64,000 nt of DNA from a bacterium (GTDB taxonomy: Bacteria > Auribacterota > Tritonobacteria > UBA1439). Positions 44,868 to 57,752 of this stretch are shown one piece after another (position 1 is the stretch's first letter; every line of letters starts with the position of its first letter). Below the pieces are notes generated by a model. The model was given only the letters and a program-made list of their open reading frames with translations. It made no database searches and was not told the origin of the DNA. The DNA lies in the NCBI GenBank assembly GCA_028716845.1, contig JAQUPF010000013.1:890-64889 (forward strand). The letters are read 5' to 3'. The position numbers and the translations under genes are program-made.

Positions 44868-44930
44868 AAGAACAAAGCCACCACGGATCGGCGCGGACCA
44901 GCACGGATCCACACGGATCCGAACGCAGAT
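44868..44930. repeat. Dispersed intergenic repeat, inverted copy (CACGGAT x4)
   Basis: CCACCACGGATCGGCGCGGACCAGCACGGATCCACACGGATCCGAACGC. Further fragments at 44995-45015 and 45133-45179 in the same 430-bp spacer. Confidence 0.7.
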
Positions 44931-45274
44931 TGAAACGCCCCCCACTTTCCCCACTCCCTCCAAGCAGTGAACATCCGAAATACACCACGGCATTCCACGG
45001 CAGATTGGTTCTTGATCGTTCGGTTTCAGGTTGTCAACTTCCAGCTGTAGTTGTATCCGCGCATATCCGCGTTGATCCGAGGCACAACAATACCTCCGAG
45101 GTTTCTCAGTTCATCAGCGGCGGGAACGTCGGGAATCCGCGTTTATCCGTGGTGTTCCGTGAATATCCGCGGCTCGCGGTACATTGAAAAGGGGGGGTCT
45201 GGATTCGGGTCGGCGGTATGGTATAATTGGCCGGTTTTGAGGCGCCCGGACGACTCCCCCCGGGCGGAGGCGAC

Positions 45275-45802
45275 ATGACCTGCGAAATGTGCAAGAAGGC
45301 CGAGGCGACCGTGCGCTACACGGAGGTCGTCGAGAAGAAGGTCGTGAAGATGAACCTCTGCGAGGAGTGCGCGAAGAAGAAGGGGGTGAGCATCCAGGCC
45401 CCGTTCACGATCGCGGACCTCCTCTCGGGGCTCGCCGACCTCGGCTCCCGGGCCCGGGAGGACGCCGGGAAGGTCTGCGACGGCTGCGGCCTCTCCTTCC
45501 TCGATTTCAGGAAGAGCGGCCGGCTCGGCTGCGACCGCTGCTACACGACGTTCCTGAACGGCCTCCACGGCGTCCTCGAGGCGATCCACAAGAGCGTGAC
45601 GCACGCGGGGAAGGTGCCGTCACGGGCCCGGGGCGAGGTGGACCGCCTCCGTCTCCTCGGGGAGCTGGACGCGGAGATGTGCGCGGCCGTGAAGAACGAG
45701 GAGTTCGAAAAGGCGGCGGCGCTCAGGGACAGGATCCAGGCGCTGAAGCGGGAGGCGCGCGCCAGAAGCCGGAAGGAGCGCGCGCGGGGGGCGAAGGCGT
45801 AA
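45275..45802 (+). CDS. mcsA: McsA-like protein arginine kinase activator (zinc-finger + UVR motif)
   Basis: About 175 aa from [13 protein letters not shown]. Paired CxxC motifs (CEMC, CEEC, CDGC, CDRC) and C-terminal UVR-like [23 protein letters not shown] box at 45223-45228. Confidence 0.75.
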   Translation: MTCEMCKKAEATVRYTEVVEKKVVKMNLCEECAKKKGVSIQAPFTIADLLSGLADLGSRAREDAGKVCDGCGLSFLDFRKSGRLGCDRCYTTFLNGLHGVLEAIHKSVTHAGKVPSRARGEVDRLRLLGELDAEMCAAVKNEEFEKAAALRDRIQALKREARARSRKERARGAKA

Positions 45803-45819
45803 CGGCCGGGGGAACGCGC

Positions 45820-46920
45820 ATGGGCATCGAGGTCCTGCTCAACCGGGAGGCGGAGTGGCTCATGGGATCGGGTCCCGATTCCGGCGTCGTCGTGTCGAGC
45901 CGCGTGCGCCTCGCGCGGAACCTGCGCGGCATCCCGTTCCCGGGGCGGGCGGAGCGGGACGCCCGGGTCAGGGTCAGGGAGATGGCGGAGGAGGCGTTCG
46001 AGGGATCCGCCCTCATGCAGGGCGCCATCGCGGTGCGGCTGGACGAGGTCGGCGAGATCGACCGGCAGTTCCTCGTCGAGCGCCACCTGATCAGCCGCGA
46101 GCACGCCCGGGGCGACGAGGGGAGCGCGCTCGCCGTCGGCGAGAAGGAGATCATGAGCGTCATGATCAACGAGGAGGACCACCTCCGCCTCCAGGCCCTC
46201 CGATCGGGCTTCCAGCTCGGCGAGGCCTACCGCGAGGTGGACGCCCTCGACGACGACCTGGAGCGGGCGATGGAGTACGCCTTCCTCCCCACGGTCGGCT
46301 ACCTCACCTCCTGCCCCACGAACACGGGGACGGGGATGCGGGCCTCGGTCATGCTCCATCTCCCCGGCCTCGTCCTCGCCAACCAGATCGGCCAGGTCAT
46401 CCAGGCGATCGCCAAGCTGGGGCTCGCGGTGCGGGGCCTCTACGGCGAGGGGACGGAGGTCTCGGGGAACCTGTTCCAGATCTCCAACCAGGGCACCCTC
46501 GGCAAGGCGGAACGCGACATCATCGAGGAGATCGAGGGGGTCATCAACCAGATCGCGGAGCACGAGAAGAAGGCCCGGCAGGCGCTCTACCGGAAGAACT
46601 TCAGGGCGCTCGAGGACAGGGTCTGCAGGGCGTACGGCCTCATCACGAGCGCGCGGATCATCACCTCCAAGGAGACGATCGACCTCCTCTCCGCGCTCAA
46701 GCTCGGCCTCGATTTCGGCCTCGTCGAGATCGATCGGGGGACGATCAACGACCTGTTCATCGTCACGCAGCCGGCGCACCTCCAGAAGCTCGCCGGGAGG
46801 GAGCTGAAGCCCGAGGAGCGCGACGCCATGCGCGCGGACATCATCCGGCGGCGGCTCAAGGAGCGGGGGCAGCCGAAGGCGCCGGGCGGGGGGGCGCCGC
46901 CCCCCGGCGCGGCGGCCTGA
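45820..46920 (+). CDS. mcsB: Protein arginine kinase McsB (ATP:guanido phosphotransferase family)
   Basis: 366 aa from [20 protein letters not shown] phosphagen-kinase active-site block. Confidence 0.9.
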   Translation: MGIEVLLNREAEWLMGSGPDSGVVVSSRVRLARNLRGIPFPGRAERDARVRVREMAEEAFEGSALMQGAIAVRLDEVGEIDRQFLVERHLISREHARGDEGSALAVGEKEIMSVMINEEDHLRLQALRSGFQLGEAYREVDALDDDLERAMEYAFLPTVGYLTSCPTNTGTGMRASVMLHLPGLVLANQIGQVIQAIAKLGLAVRGLYGEGTEVSGNLFQISNQGTLGKAERDIIEEIEGVINQIAEHEKKARQALYRKNFRALEDRVCRAYGLITSARIITSKETIDLLSALKLGLDFGLVEIDRGTINDLFIVTQPAHLQKLAGRELKPEERDAMRADIIRRRLKERGQPKAPGGGAPPPGAAA

Positions 46921-46934
46921 GAGGGGATCCGGCC

Positions 46935-49400
<2,466 letters not shown>

Positions 49401-49423
49401 CCGTCGCGCGCCGCGCACCACCC

Positions 49424-50800
49424 ATGATGAGCGCGAAGGCAAAATCCGTTTTCGTCTGCGCCGCCTGCGGGCACGAGTCGGCGAAGTGGGCCGGCAGATG
49501 CCCCGGCTGCGGCGGCTGGAACACGCTCGAGGAGACCGCCCCCCCGCGGCGGGGTCGGGCGCCGGCGGGGGGCCCGCGCGAGCCGGCGCGGTCGCTCGGC
49601 GGGGCGCCGGCGGCGGCGTGCGCGCGCGCGCGGACCGGCATCGGGGAGTTCGACGGCCTCCTGGGGGGCGGGATCGTCCCCGGGTCGCTCATCCTCCTCG
49701 GCGGGGAGCCGGGGATCGGGAAGTCGACGCTCATGCTCCAGGTGGCGGCGCGGCTCGCCGCCGCCGGGGGCCGCGTCCTCTACGTGAGCGCGGAGGAGTC
49801 GGTCGAGCAGACGCGCCTCCGCGCGGCCCGGATCGGGGCGGACGCGACGACGCTCTACCTGCTCTGCGAAACCGACCTCGACGCCGTCCTCGACGAGGCC
49901 GGGCGGCTCGAGGCGTCGGTGCTCGTCGTCGACTCGATCCAGACGGTGTACAGTCCAGAGGTCCCGTCGGGGCCGGGCAGCGTCAACCAGGTGCGGGAGT
50001 GCGCCGCCCGGCTCATGCGGACCGCGAAGGCCGGGCGGGTGAGCGTCTTCGTGGTGGGGCACGTGACGAAATCGGGCGACATCGCCGGCCCCCGGATGCT
50101 CGAGCACATGGTGGACACGGTGCTCTACTTCGAGGGGGACCGCCACCAGTCGTACCGCGTTCTCAGAACGCAGAAGAACCGCTTCGGCTCGACCGAGGAG
50201 GTGGGGATCTTCGCCATGGGGCCGGAGGGGCTGGCGGAGGTCGGGGATCCCTCGCGGCTCTTCCTCGGGGAGCGGCGGCCGGGGAGCCCCGGCAGCGCGG
50301 TGACGCCCGCGATGGAGGGGACGCGCCCCATCCTCGTGGAGATCCAGGCGCTCGTGGGGGCGCGCTGCTACGGCGTCCCCCAGCGGCGCGGCGTCGGCGT
50401 GGACTACAACCGGCTCTGCATGCTCCTGGCGGTCCTCGAGCGGCGGGCGGGCGTCAACCTGCGCGACCGGGACGTGTTCGTGAGCGTGGCGGGCGGTCTG
50501 ACGGTCGAGGAGCCGGCGGCAGATCTCGCCGTCGCCCTCGCCCTCGCATCGAGCCTCTCGGGCCGGGCGGTGGACGCGGCGGCCGTCGCGGTCGGGGAGG
50601 TCGGCCTCGGCGGCGAGCTCCGCGGCTGCCGGGACGTGGAGCGGCGCCTCCGGGAGGCGGGGAAGCTCGGCTTCCGGCGCGCCGTCCTGCCCGCCTCGCG
50701 GTCCGCGGCCTCGGGCGGGGAAGGGCGGTTCGGCCTCGCCCTCGTCCCGTGCGCCACGGTTCGCGAGGCGATCGAGCGGGCGATCGGCTCGGACGGATGA
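49424..50800 (+). CDS. radA: DNA repair protein RadA/Sms
   Basis: 458 aa. N-terminal C4 zinc finger CAACGHESAKWAGRCPGCGGWNT, GEPGIGKST Walker A, KNRFG motif, C-terminal Lon-like domain. Confidence 0.95.
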   Translation: MMSAKAKSVFVCAACGHESAKWAGRCPGCGGWNTLEETAPPRRGRAPAGGPREPARSLGGAPAAACARARTGIGEFDGLLGGGIVPGSLILLGGEPGIGKSTLMLQVAARLAAAGGRVLYVSAEESVEQTRLRAARIGADATTLYLLCETDLDAVLDEAGRLEASVLVVDSIQTVYSPEVPSGPGSVNQVRECAARLMRTAKAGRVSVFVVGHVTKSGDIAGPRMLEHMVDTVLYFEGDRHQSYRVLRTQKNRFGSTEEVGIFAMGPEGLAEVGDPSRLFLGERRPGSPGSAVTPAMEGTRPILVEIQALVGARCYGVPQRRGVGVDYNRLCMLLAVLERRAGVNLRDRDVFVSVAGGLTVEEPAADLAVALALASSLSGRAVDAAAVAVGEVGLGGELRGCRDVERRLREAGKLGFRRAVLPASRSAASGGEGRFGLALVPCATVREAIERAIGSDG

Positions 50801-51492
50801 GGACGGCGGCGATCGTCGTGGCGGCCGGCGCCGGCCGCCGGCTCGGGGGGGTCTGCAAGGCCCTCCTCGATCTCGGGGGCCGGCCGCTCCTCTGCCGTTC
50901 GCTCGAGGCGCTCCAGGCGTCGCCGCTCGTGGACGGGATATGCGTGGCGGTCCCGCCCGGGCAGCTCGGCCGCTTCAGCGGCGAGTTCGCCTCGCGATGG
51001 CCGTGCACGAAGGTGTTCGCCTGGGTCGAGGGGGGGGAGCGACGGCGGGATTCCGTCCGGTCGGCGCTCGAGGCGGTGCCGGGAGAGGCGGCGCTCATCG
51101 CCGTCCACGACGCGGCGCGGCCGTTCCTCGACGAGGCGCTCCTCGCGCGGGTCGTCGCCGCCGCGGCGGCGACGGGGGCGGCGGTCCCCGGGATCGGCCT
51201 CACGGACACGATCAAGGAGATCGACGGCGGGGGCGTCGTCGTGCGGACCCTCCCGCGCGACCGACTCCGGGCGGTCCAGACGCCGCAGGTCTTCGCGGCG
51301 CGGCTGCTCCGGCGCGCCTACCGGGAGGCGGGGGCGGACGACGCGACCGACGACGCCGCGCTCGTCGAGCGGCTCGGCCTGCCGGTCGCGCTCGTCGAGG
51401 GGAGCCCGGAGAACATCAAGATCACCGCGCCGGAGGACATCGACCGCGCCCGGCGCATCCTCGCGGCGCGCGGGGGATCGGGGGACGCATGA
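50797..51492 (+). CDS. ispD: 2-C-methyl-D-erythritol 4-phosphate cytidylyltransferase
   Basis: 231 aa. IVVAAGAGRRLG motif. ATGA overlap with radA. Confidence 0.9.
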   Translation: MRTAAIVVAAGAGRRLGGVCKALLDLGGRPLLCRSLEALQASPLVDGICVAVPPGQLGRFSGEFASRWPCTKVFAWVEGGERRRDSVRSALEAVPGEAALIAVHDAARPFLDEALLARVVAAAAATGAAVPGIGLTDTIKEIDGGGVVVRTLPRDRLRAVQTPQVFAARLLRRAYREAGADDATDDAALVERLGLPVALVEGSPENIKITAPEDIDRARRILAARGGSGDA

Positions 51493-52001
51493 GGGTCGGC
51501 ATCGGGTTCGACGCGCACCGCTTCGCCCGCGGGCGGCGGCTCGTCCTCGGCGGCGTCGAGATCCCCCACCCGGTGGGGCTCGCGGGGCACTCGGACGCCG
51601 ACGTCCTGCTCCACGCGATCTGCGACGCGATCCTCGGCGCCCTCGCCCTCGGGGACATCGGCGCGCACTTCCCCGACCGCGACCCGGCCTTGCGGGGGAT
51701 CTCGAGCGCGGAGCTCCTCCGGCGGACGGCCCGCCTGGCGAGGGACCGGGGCTGGCGGGTCGCGAACGTGGACGCGACGGTCATCCTCGAGGAGCCGAAG
51801 ATCGGGCCGCACGTCCCGGCGATGCGGGCGGCGATCGCGCGGGCGCTCGGCTGCGGGGAGGAGGCGGTGGGCGTGAAGGCGACGACGACCGAGGGGATGG
51901 GGTTCTGCGGGCGGGGCGAGGGGATCGCCGCGGCGGCGGTGGCGGCGCTCGCGGAGGCCCCGTCCGCCGATTCGCCCGGTCCCGAAAGGCGCGGCGCATG
52001 A
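51489..52001 (+). CDS. ispF: 2-C-methyl-D-erythritol 2,4-cyclodiphosphate synthase
   Basis: 170 aa. GIGFDAHRF and HSDADVLLHAI motifs. ATGA overlap with ispD. Confidence 0.95.
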   Translation: MRVGIGFDAHRFARGRRLVLGGVEIPHPVGLAGHSDADVLLHAICDAILGALALGDIGAHFPDRDPALRGISSAELLRRTARLARDRGWRVANVDATVILEEPKIGPHVPAMRAAIARALGCGEEAVGVKATTTEGMGFCGRGEGIAAAAVAALAEAPSADSPGPERRGA

Positions 52002-53488
52002 TCATGGAGGCGACGGTCAGGGTCTACAACACGGCGACGAGGCGCCTGGAGGAGTTCAGGCCGCTCCGTCCCCCCGACGTGGGGATGTACGTCTGCGGCC
52101 CGACCGTGTACGACGACTGCCACCTCGGGCACGCGCGGGCGATGGTGGCGTTCGACGTCGTGGCGCGATGGCTCGCCCACCGCGGCTACCGGGTGCGGTA
52201 CGTGCGGAACATCACCGACATCGACGACAAGATCATCCGCCGCGCCGCCGAGACGGGCGTCGCGCCCGCCGAGCTCGCCGCCCGCGCCGCCGAGTCGTTC
52301 CACGAGGACATGCGGTCCCTCGCCCTCCTCGAGCCATCGGAGGAGCCGAGGGCGACGGCGCACGTCGACGAGATGGTCGCCCTCGTCGCGACGCTCCTCG
52401 ATCGGGGGTTCGCCTACCGCGCCGGGGGGGACGTCTTCTTCGACGTGGCGCGCCTCGACGGCTACGGCTCGCTCTCGGGGAGGCACCCGGAGGACCTGCT
52501 CGCGGGGGCGCGGGTGGAGATCAACGAGCGGAAGCGGAACCCGCTCGACTTCGCCCTCTGGAAGGCGGCGAAGGAGGGGGAGCCGCGGTGGCCCAGCCCG
52601 TGGGGGCCGGGGCGGCCGGGATGGCACATCGAGTGCTCCGCGATGTCCGCGAAGTACCTCGGGGAGACGTTCGACATCCACGGCGGCGGCCAGGACCTCA
52701 TCTTCCCGCACCACGAGAACGAGATCGCCCAGTCGGCGGCGGCGACGGGCCGCCCCCCCGCCCGCTACTGGCTCCACAACGCCCACGTGACCGTGGACGG
52801 CACGAAGATGTCGAAGTCGCTCGGGAACGTCCGCACGCTGAAGGAAATCTTCGCGCGCCACGACCCGCGGGCGGTGCGCTTCCTCCTCGTCTCGAAGCAC
52901 TACCGGAGCCCCATGGATTTCTCGGAGCGCTCCCTCCTCGACGCGGCCGCGGCGCTCACGCGGCTCGACGAGTGCCTCGCGCGCGCGGCGGCGGCGCTCG
53001 GCGGGCTCCCGGCGCCGGCCGCGTCCTGCCCCCCCGACTTCGATGCCGCCATGGACGACGATTTCAACACCACCGGCGCCCTCGGCGTCCTGTTCGGCCT
53101 CGCCCACGCCCTCAACGCCGAGGTGGACGCGGGGGGGGACGGGCGGCGCGCGGGGGAGCTCGCCGCGGGGATCCTGCGGTGCTGCGGCGTCCTCGGCATC
53201 GAGACCGTCGCGCGGCGCGGGCGGGAGGTGGCGGCCGCGCCGGCGGGCGGCGGCGGGACGGCGACCGCGCCGGAGGAGGCGGTCCGGCGGTTCATCGCGC
53301 GGGAGGCGGTCACGGACGGGGAGGCGGAGGAGATCGCGCGGCTCCGGGACGCCCTCCGGAAGGACGGGCGGTTCGACCTCGCCGACCGGATCAGGGCGAG
53401 GCTGCTGGAGTTCGGGTACGAGATCCGCGACCGGAAGGGCGGGGGCAGCACGGTCTACCGGGGGGGGGCCGGCGCCGCCGGCCGCTGA
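51998..53488 (+). CDS. cysS: Cysteinyl-tRNA synthetase
   Basis: 496 aa. HLGHA (HIGH) and KMSKS motifs. Confidence 0.95.
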   Translation: MIMEATVRVYNTATRRLEEFRPLRPPDVGMYVCGPTVYDDCHLGHARAMVAFDVVARWLAHRGYRVRYVRNITDIDDKIIRRAAETGVAPAELAARAAESFHEDMRSLALLEPSEEPRATAHVDEMVALVATLLDRGFAYRAGGDVFFDVARLDGYGSLSGRHPEDLLAGARVEINERKRNPLDFALWKAAKEGEPRWPSPWGPGRPGWHIECSAMSAKYLGETFDIHGGGQDLIFPHHENEIAQSAAATGRPPARYWLHNAHVTVDGTKMSKSLGNVRTLKEIFARHDPRAVRFLLVSKHYRSPMDFSERSLLDAAAALTRLDECLARAAAALGGLPAPAASCPPDFDAAMDDDFNTTGALGVLFGLAHALNAEVDAGGDGRRAGELAAGILRCCGVLGIETVARRGREVAAAPAGGGGTATAPEEAVRRFIAREAVTDGEAEEIARLRDALRKDGRFDLADRIRARLLEFGYEIRDRKGGGSTVYRGGAGAAGR

Positions 53489-53522
53489 CCGCCCCGCCCG
53501 CGTCGCGCACAGGGAGGATCGC

Positions 53523-54182
53523 ATGAGAGGGATCTTCATCACGATCGAGGGGCCGGAGGGGTGCGGCAAGACGACGCAGTCGAACATGCTCGTCGAGCAC
53601 CTCCGGGGGAAGGGGCACGAGGTGGTCCTCACGCGCGAGCCGGGCGGCACGAGGATCGGCGAGCGGATACGGGCGCTCGTCCTCGACGCGGAGTACAGGG
53701 AGATGACGCCGCGGGCGGAGCTCCTCCTCATGGCGGCGAGCCGCGCCCAGCACGTCCTGGAGAAGATCAAGCCCGCGGTCGACGCGGGGAGGGTCGTCGT
53801 CTGCTCCCGGTTCACCGACGCCACGATCGCCTACCAGGGGCGCGGGCGGGGGTTCGACATCGACCTCATCAACGAGACGAACAGGATCGCCACCGGGAAG
53901 GTGTGGCCCGGCCTCACCCTCGTCATCGACATCGACGTGCGGACGGGCCTCCGGCGCGCCTTCGGCGTCGAGAAGGCGGAGGCGAAGAGCGGGGAGGGGG
54001 ACCGCCTCGAGAAGGAGGACATCGGCTTCCACGAGCGCGTCCGGCAGGGGTACCTGGACCTCGCCCGGACCTTCCCGGAGCGGATCAAGGTGATCGACGG
54101 GAGCGGCTCCATCGAGGAGGTGAGCGCCGCCATCCGGGAGGTCGTGGACACAGTCCTCGCCCGGCTGTCCGGCGGCCGGTAG
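53523..54182 (+). CDS. tmk: Thymidylate kinase
   Basis: 219 aa. FITIEGPEGCGKTTQ P-loop. Confidence 0.9.
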   Translation: MRGIFITIEGPEGCGKTTQSNMLVEHLRGKGHEVVLTREPGGTRIGERIRALVLDAEYREMTPRAELLLMAASRAQHVLEKIKPAVDAGRVVVCSRFTDATIAYQGRGRGFDIDLINETNRIATGKVWPGLTLVIDIDVRTGLRRAFGVEKAEAKSGEGDRLEKEDIGFHERVRQGYLDLARTFPERIKVIDGSGSIEEVSAAIREVVDTVLARLSGGR

Positions 54183-54195
54183 GGAGGGGGGCGAC

Positions 54196-55359
54196 GTGGC
54201 GCTGAAGGCGGTCAGGGGACAGGAGCGGGCGATCCGGATGCTGGCGTCGGACGCGGCGGCCGGGCGGCTCGCCCGCGCCTACCTGTTCCACGGCCCCGAG
54301 GGGGTCGGGAAGGAGCTCGCGGCGGCCAACTTCGCCCGCCTCCTCAACTGTCGCTCCCCGGAGGGAGGGGACGCCTGCGATTACTGCGGGGACTGCCTCC
54401 TCGCCGCGAAGGGGCTCCACCCGGATTTGCACTGGCTCATGCCGATGGGGAGGCGGCGGGTGATCTACATCGGCGACGCGACCTCGCCGAAGCCGGGTAC
54501 CGTCCGGCACCTCCAGCACGCCGTCTCGCTCACGCCGTTCAGGGGGAGGTGGAAGGTCGGCATCCTCTGCGACGCCCACTGCGTGGAGGCGCCCGCCGGG
54601 AGCGCGCTGCTCAAGACGCTCGAGGATCCGCCGGACCGGACGATCCTCATCCTCGTGACGGCGCGGCCGGACGCCCTCATGCCGACCATCGTCTCCCGGT
54701 GCCGGGCGGTGCGCTTCGAGGCGATGGAGGAGGGGGCACTCGCCGGCATCCTGCGGCGCGAGCACCACCTCGGCGAGGATGACGCGCGCGCGCTGAGCAG
54801 GATCACGGAGGGGCGGTACGGGGAGGCGCGGCGGGGGATCCAGATCGGGCGGCTCGAGGACGCCCGGGCGCTCATCGGCCATGTGTCCGGCGGCGGCGGC
54901 TACTGGGACGCGGTCGCCCCCGCGCTCGAGCTGATCGTCGACGCCGTCGAGCGGAGCACGGCCCACGCGGCCGGCGGCCTCCGGGAGAAGGGAATCAGAA
55001 TTTCGGACCGCCCGTCGGGCTCGGAGGAGGAGGACAGGGCGGCGAGGGAGCGGCTGGATGCGATCGTCGTCGGCGAGGAGCGGCGGCGGCAGGAGGAGAT
55101 CCTGCGGGACCTCCTCCTCTGGTGCAGGGACCTCATCGTCCGGCGGCGCGGGGGGGCCGGCGCCCCGCTCCTGAGCGCCGCGCCGGCGGCGGCGGTCGAC
55201 GCCGCCGCGGCCGGGGCCGACGAGGAAAGGATCGAGGGCGCCGCGCGCTCCATCGAGGGGGCGCTCGCGATGCTCGACTGGGGGGCGGATTTCCACGCCG
55301 TCGCGGAGAGCCTGCTCGTCCGCATGACCGGCGGGGAGCGGACGGGCCGGAGGAGATGA
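54196..55359 (+). CDS. holB: DNA polymerase III delta-prime subunit (HolB-like clamp loader AAA+)
   Basis: 387 aa, probable GTG start. RAYLFHGPEGVGKELAAANFARLLNC, zinc-module C..C..DC, SRCRAVRF sensor. Confidence 0.8.
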   Translation: MALKAVRGQERAIRMLASDAAAGRLARAYLFHGPEGVGKELAAANFARLLNCRSPEGGDACDYCGDCLLAAKGLHPDLHWLMPMGRRRVIYIGDATSPKPGTVRHLQHAVSLTPFRGRWKVGILCDAHCVEAPAGSALLKTLEDPPDRTILILVTARPDALMPTIVSRCRAVRFEAMEEGALAGILRREHHLGEDDARALSRITEGRYGEARRGIQIGRLEDARALIGHVSGGGGYWDAVAPALELIVDAVERSTAHAAGGLREKGIRISDRPSGSEEEDRAARERLDAIVVGEERRRQEEILRDLLLWCRDLIVRRRGGAGAPLLSAAPAAAVDAAAAGADEERIEGAARSIEGALAMLDWGADFHAVAESLLVRMTGGERTGRRR

Positions 55360-56174
55360 TGTACAGGGTCGTCGAGGTGCGGATGCGCGAGCGCGGACGG
55401 ATGCGCTACTTCAGCTGCGGGGAGGAGACCTACCCGGTCGGGGACCGCGTCATCGTGGAGGCCGAGCGGGGCGAGGACTACGGGATGGTGATGTCGGAGC
55501 CGGAGACGGTGCACGAGAACGAGGTGGACCGGCCCTTCCGGAGGATCCTCAGGCGGATCGCGCCGCACGACGAGCGCCGGATCGCCGAGAACAGCCGGGA
55601 CGCGCACGCGGCGATGGAGGTCTGCGGCGCGCGCATCGCCGAGCGGAAGCTCCCGATGAAGCTCGTGGACGCGGAGTATTCCTTCGACCGCTCGAAGATC
55701 ATCTTCTACTTCACCGCCGACGGCCGGGTTGATTTCCGCGAGCTCGTCAAGGACCTCGCCTCCCGCTTCCGGTCCCGGATCGAGCTCCGGCAGATCGGCG
55801 TCCGCGACGAGGCGCGGATGCTCGGCGGGATCGGCTGCTGCGGGCGGCAGCTCTGCTGCGCGACGTTCCTGAAGGATTTCGAGGCGGTGAACATCCGGAT
55901 GGCGAAGGAGCAGCGCCTGCCGCTCAACCCGTCCAAGATCTCGGGACTCTGCGGGCGCCTCCTCTGCTGCCTCCGCTACGAGTACGAGACCTACCGGGAG
56001 CTCCAGCGGACGATGCCGCGGGAGGGGACGATGGTCGCCACGCCCTCCGGCGAGGGGCGCGTGACCGATGTCTGCCTCCTCCGGCAGTCGGTGACGGTCG
56101 AGCTCGAGAACGGCCGCGTCGTCCGCGTGGAGGCGAAGGACGTCACGCGGCCGCGGGGGAGGAGGGGGGAATGA
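55356..56174 (+). CDS. ricT: PSP1 C-terminal domain protein (RicT/YaaT homolog)
   Basis: 272 aa. GIGCCGRQLCCATFLKDFEAVNIRMAKEQ..GLCGRLLCCLRYE is the PSP1 Cys-rich signature. Typical holB-yaaT synteny. Confidence 0.8.
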   Translation: MMYRVVEVRMRERGRMRYFSCGEETYPVGDRVIVEAERGEDYGMVMSEPETVHENEVDRPFRRILRRIAPHDERRIAENSRDAHAAMEVCGARIAERKLPMKLVDAEYSFDRSKIIFYFTADGRVDFRELVKDLASRFRSRIELRQIGVRDEARMLGGIGCCGRQLCCATFLKDFEAVNIRMAKEQRLPLNPSKISGLCGRLLCCLRYEYETYRELQRTMPREGTMVATPSGEGRVTDVCLLRQSVTVELENGRVVRVEAKDVTRPRGRRGE

Positions 56175-57703
56175 GCAAGGCCTTCTACCTCACCACCGCG
56201 ATCGACTACGTGAACGCCCTGCCGCACGTGGGGACCGCCTACGAGAAGATCGGGGCGGACGCCCTCGCCCGCTTCAAGCGGATCGCCGGGGCGGAGACGT
56301 TCTTCCTCATGGGCGTGGACGAGCACAGCGCCAACGTCGATCGCCAGGCGCGCGCCCAGGGGATGCCGCCGCTCGCCTACTGCGACATGATGAGCGAGCG
56401 GTTCCGGGAGGTCTGGGGCGCCCTCGGCATCTCGTTCGACCGCTTCATCCGGACGACCGAGGAGGCCCACGTCGCCGCCGTGCAGGAGGTCTTCCGCAGG
56501 ATCCACGACGGCGGCGACATCTACCGGGGGTCCTACCGGGGGTGGTACTGCCTTTCCTGCGAGGCGTTCCTCAAGGACGCCGACCTCGTCGGGGGGAACT
56601 GCCCGTCGCACGGGAGGAGACCGGAGTGGATCGAGGAGGAGAACTACTTCTTCGCCCTCTCCCGCTACGGGGAGCCGCTCCGGCGGCACATCGAGGAGAA
56701 CCCCGGGTTCATCCGCCCGGAGATCAGGCGGAACGAGATCCTGCGATTCCTCGACGAGGGCCTCTCCGACATCAGCGTCTCGCGCGCCGGGGCGGGGTGG
56801 GGGATCCGCTGCCCGTTCGACGAGTCCCAGGCGGTCTACGTCTGGTTCGACGCCCTCATCAACTACCTTTCGGGGGCGGGGTTCCCCGGCGACCCCGCCG
56901 CCCTGGAGCGGCGCTGGCCGGCGGACGTCCACATCATCGGGAAGGACATCACCCGCTTCCACTGCCTCATCTGGCCGGCGATGCTCATGGCCGCCCGCCT
57001 TCCCCTCCCCCGCGCCGTCTGGGGGCACGGCTTCGTCCACCTCGGGGGGGAGAAGATGAGCAAGACGAGCGGGACCGCCGTCGACCCGGTGGAGATCGCC
57101 CGGCGGTACGGCGCCGATTCCCTGCGCTACTTCCTCCTCCGCGAGGTCCCGTTCGACCGGGACGGCGAGTTCACGATGGAAAAGTTCCGCCGGCGCTACG
57201 CGGCCGACCTCGCCAACGATCTCGGGAACCTCTGCCAGCGGACGCTCGTCCTCGTCCGGAACCACCTCGGCGGCGTCCTCCCAGCGCCCGGGGGGGAGGC
57301 GGCGGACGCGGACGGCGCCCTCCGGGGCGCGCTCGCCGCCGCGGCTGAAGCCTCCGCCCGCGACATGGAGGGGATGCGGTTCAGCGCCGCGCTCGAGCGG
57401 ATCTGGGCGGCGGTGGGGAGCTGCAACCGCTACGTGGACGAGGCGGCCCCCTGGAGGCTGCGGAAGGATCGCGCGCGCGCCGGGCGGCTCGCCGCGGTCA
57501 TGTACCACCTCTGCGAATCGCTCCGGATACTCTCGATCCTCATCCACCCGTTCATGCCGGCGACCGCGTCGGCGGTCCGGGCGCAGCTCGGCCTCCCGGC
57601 CGCCTTCCCCCCGGGGTGCCTCGCGGAGGCGGCGGAGTTCGGCCTCCTGCCGGACGGCGCCCCGATCGGGGAGGTGAAGCCGCTCTTTCCGAAGACGGAC
57701 TGA
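56171..57703 (+). CDS. metG: Methionyl-tRNA synthetase
   Basis: 510 aa. HVGTAYE (HIGH-type), C..C..C..H zinc knuckle, KMSKT. Confidence 0.95.
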   Translation: MSKAFYLTTAIDYVNALPHVGTAYEKIGADALARFKRIAGAETFFLMGVDEHSANVDRQARAQGMPPLAYCDMMSERFREVWGALGISFDRFIRTTEEAHVAAVQEVFRRIHDGGDIYRGSYRGWYCLSCEAFLKDADLVGGNCPSHGRRPEWIEEENYFFALSRYGEPLRRHIEENPGFIRPEIRRNEILRFLDEGLSDISVSRAGAGWGIRCPFDESQAVYVWFDALINYLSGAGFPGDPAALERRWPADVHIIGKDITRFHCLIWPAMLMAARLPLPRAVWGHGFVHLGGEKMSKTSGTAVDPVEIARRYGADSLRYFLLREVPFDRDGEFTMEKFRRRYAADLANDLGNLCQRTLVLVRNHLGGVLPAPGGEAADADGALRGALAAAAEASARDMEGMRFSAALERIWAAVGSCNRYVDEAAPWRLRKDRARAGRLAAVMYHLCESLRILSILIHPFMPATASAVRAQLGLPAAFPPGCLAEAAEFGLLPDGAPIGEVKPLFPKTD

Positions 57704-57752
57704 ACCCGCGTTTCGTGCCGCGCGCCGCCCGATGTACGATGTACGAAGTACG

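Noticed and set aside
45220-45275. CtsR operator (GGTCAAA direct heptad repeat) upstream of mcsA
   Set aside because: No tandem GGTCAAA/TTTGACC heptads were found in the mcsA upstream spacer. A single TTTGACC occurs at 33313, which is unrelated.
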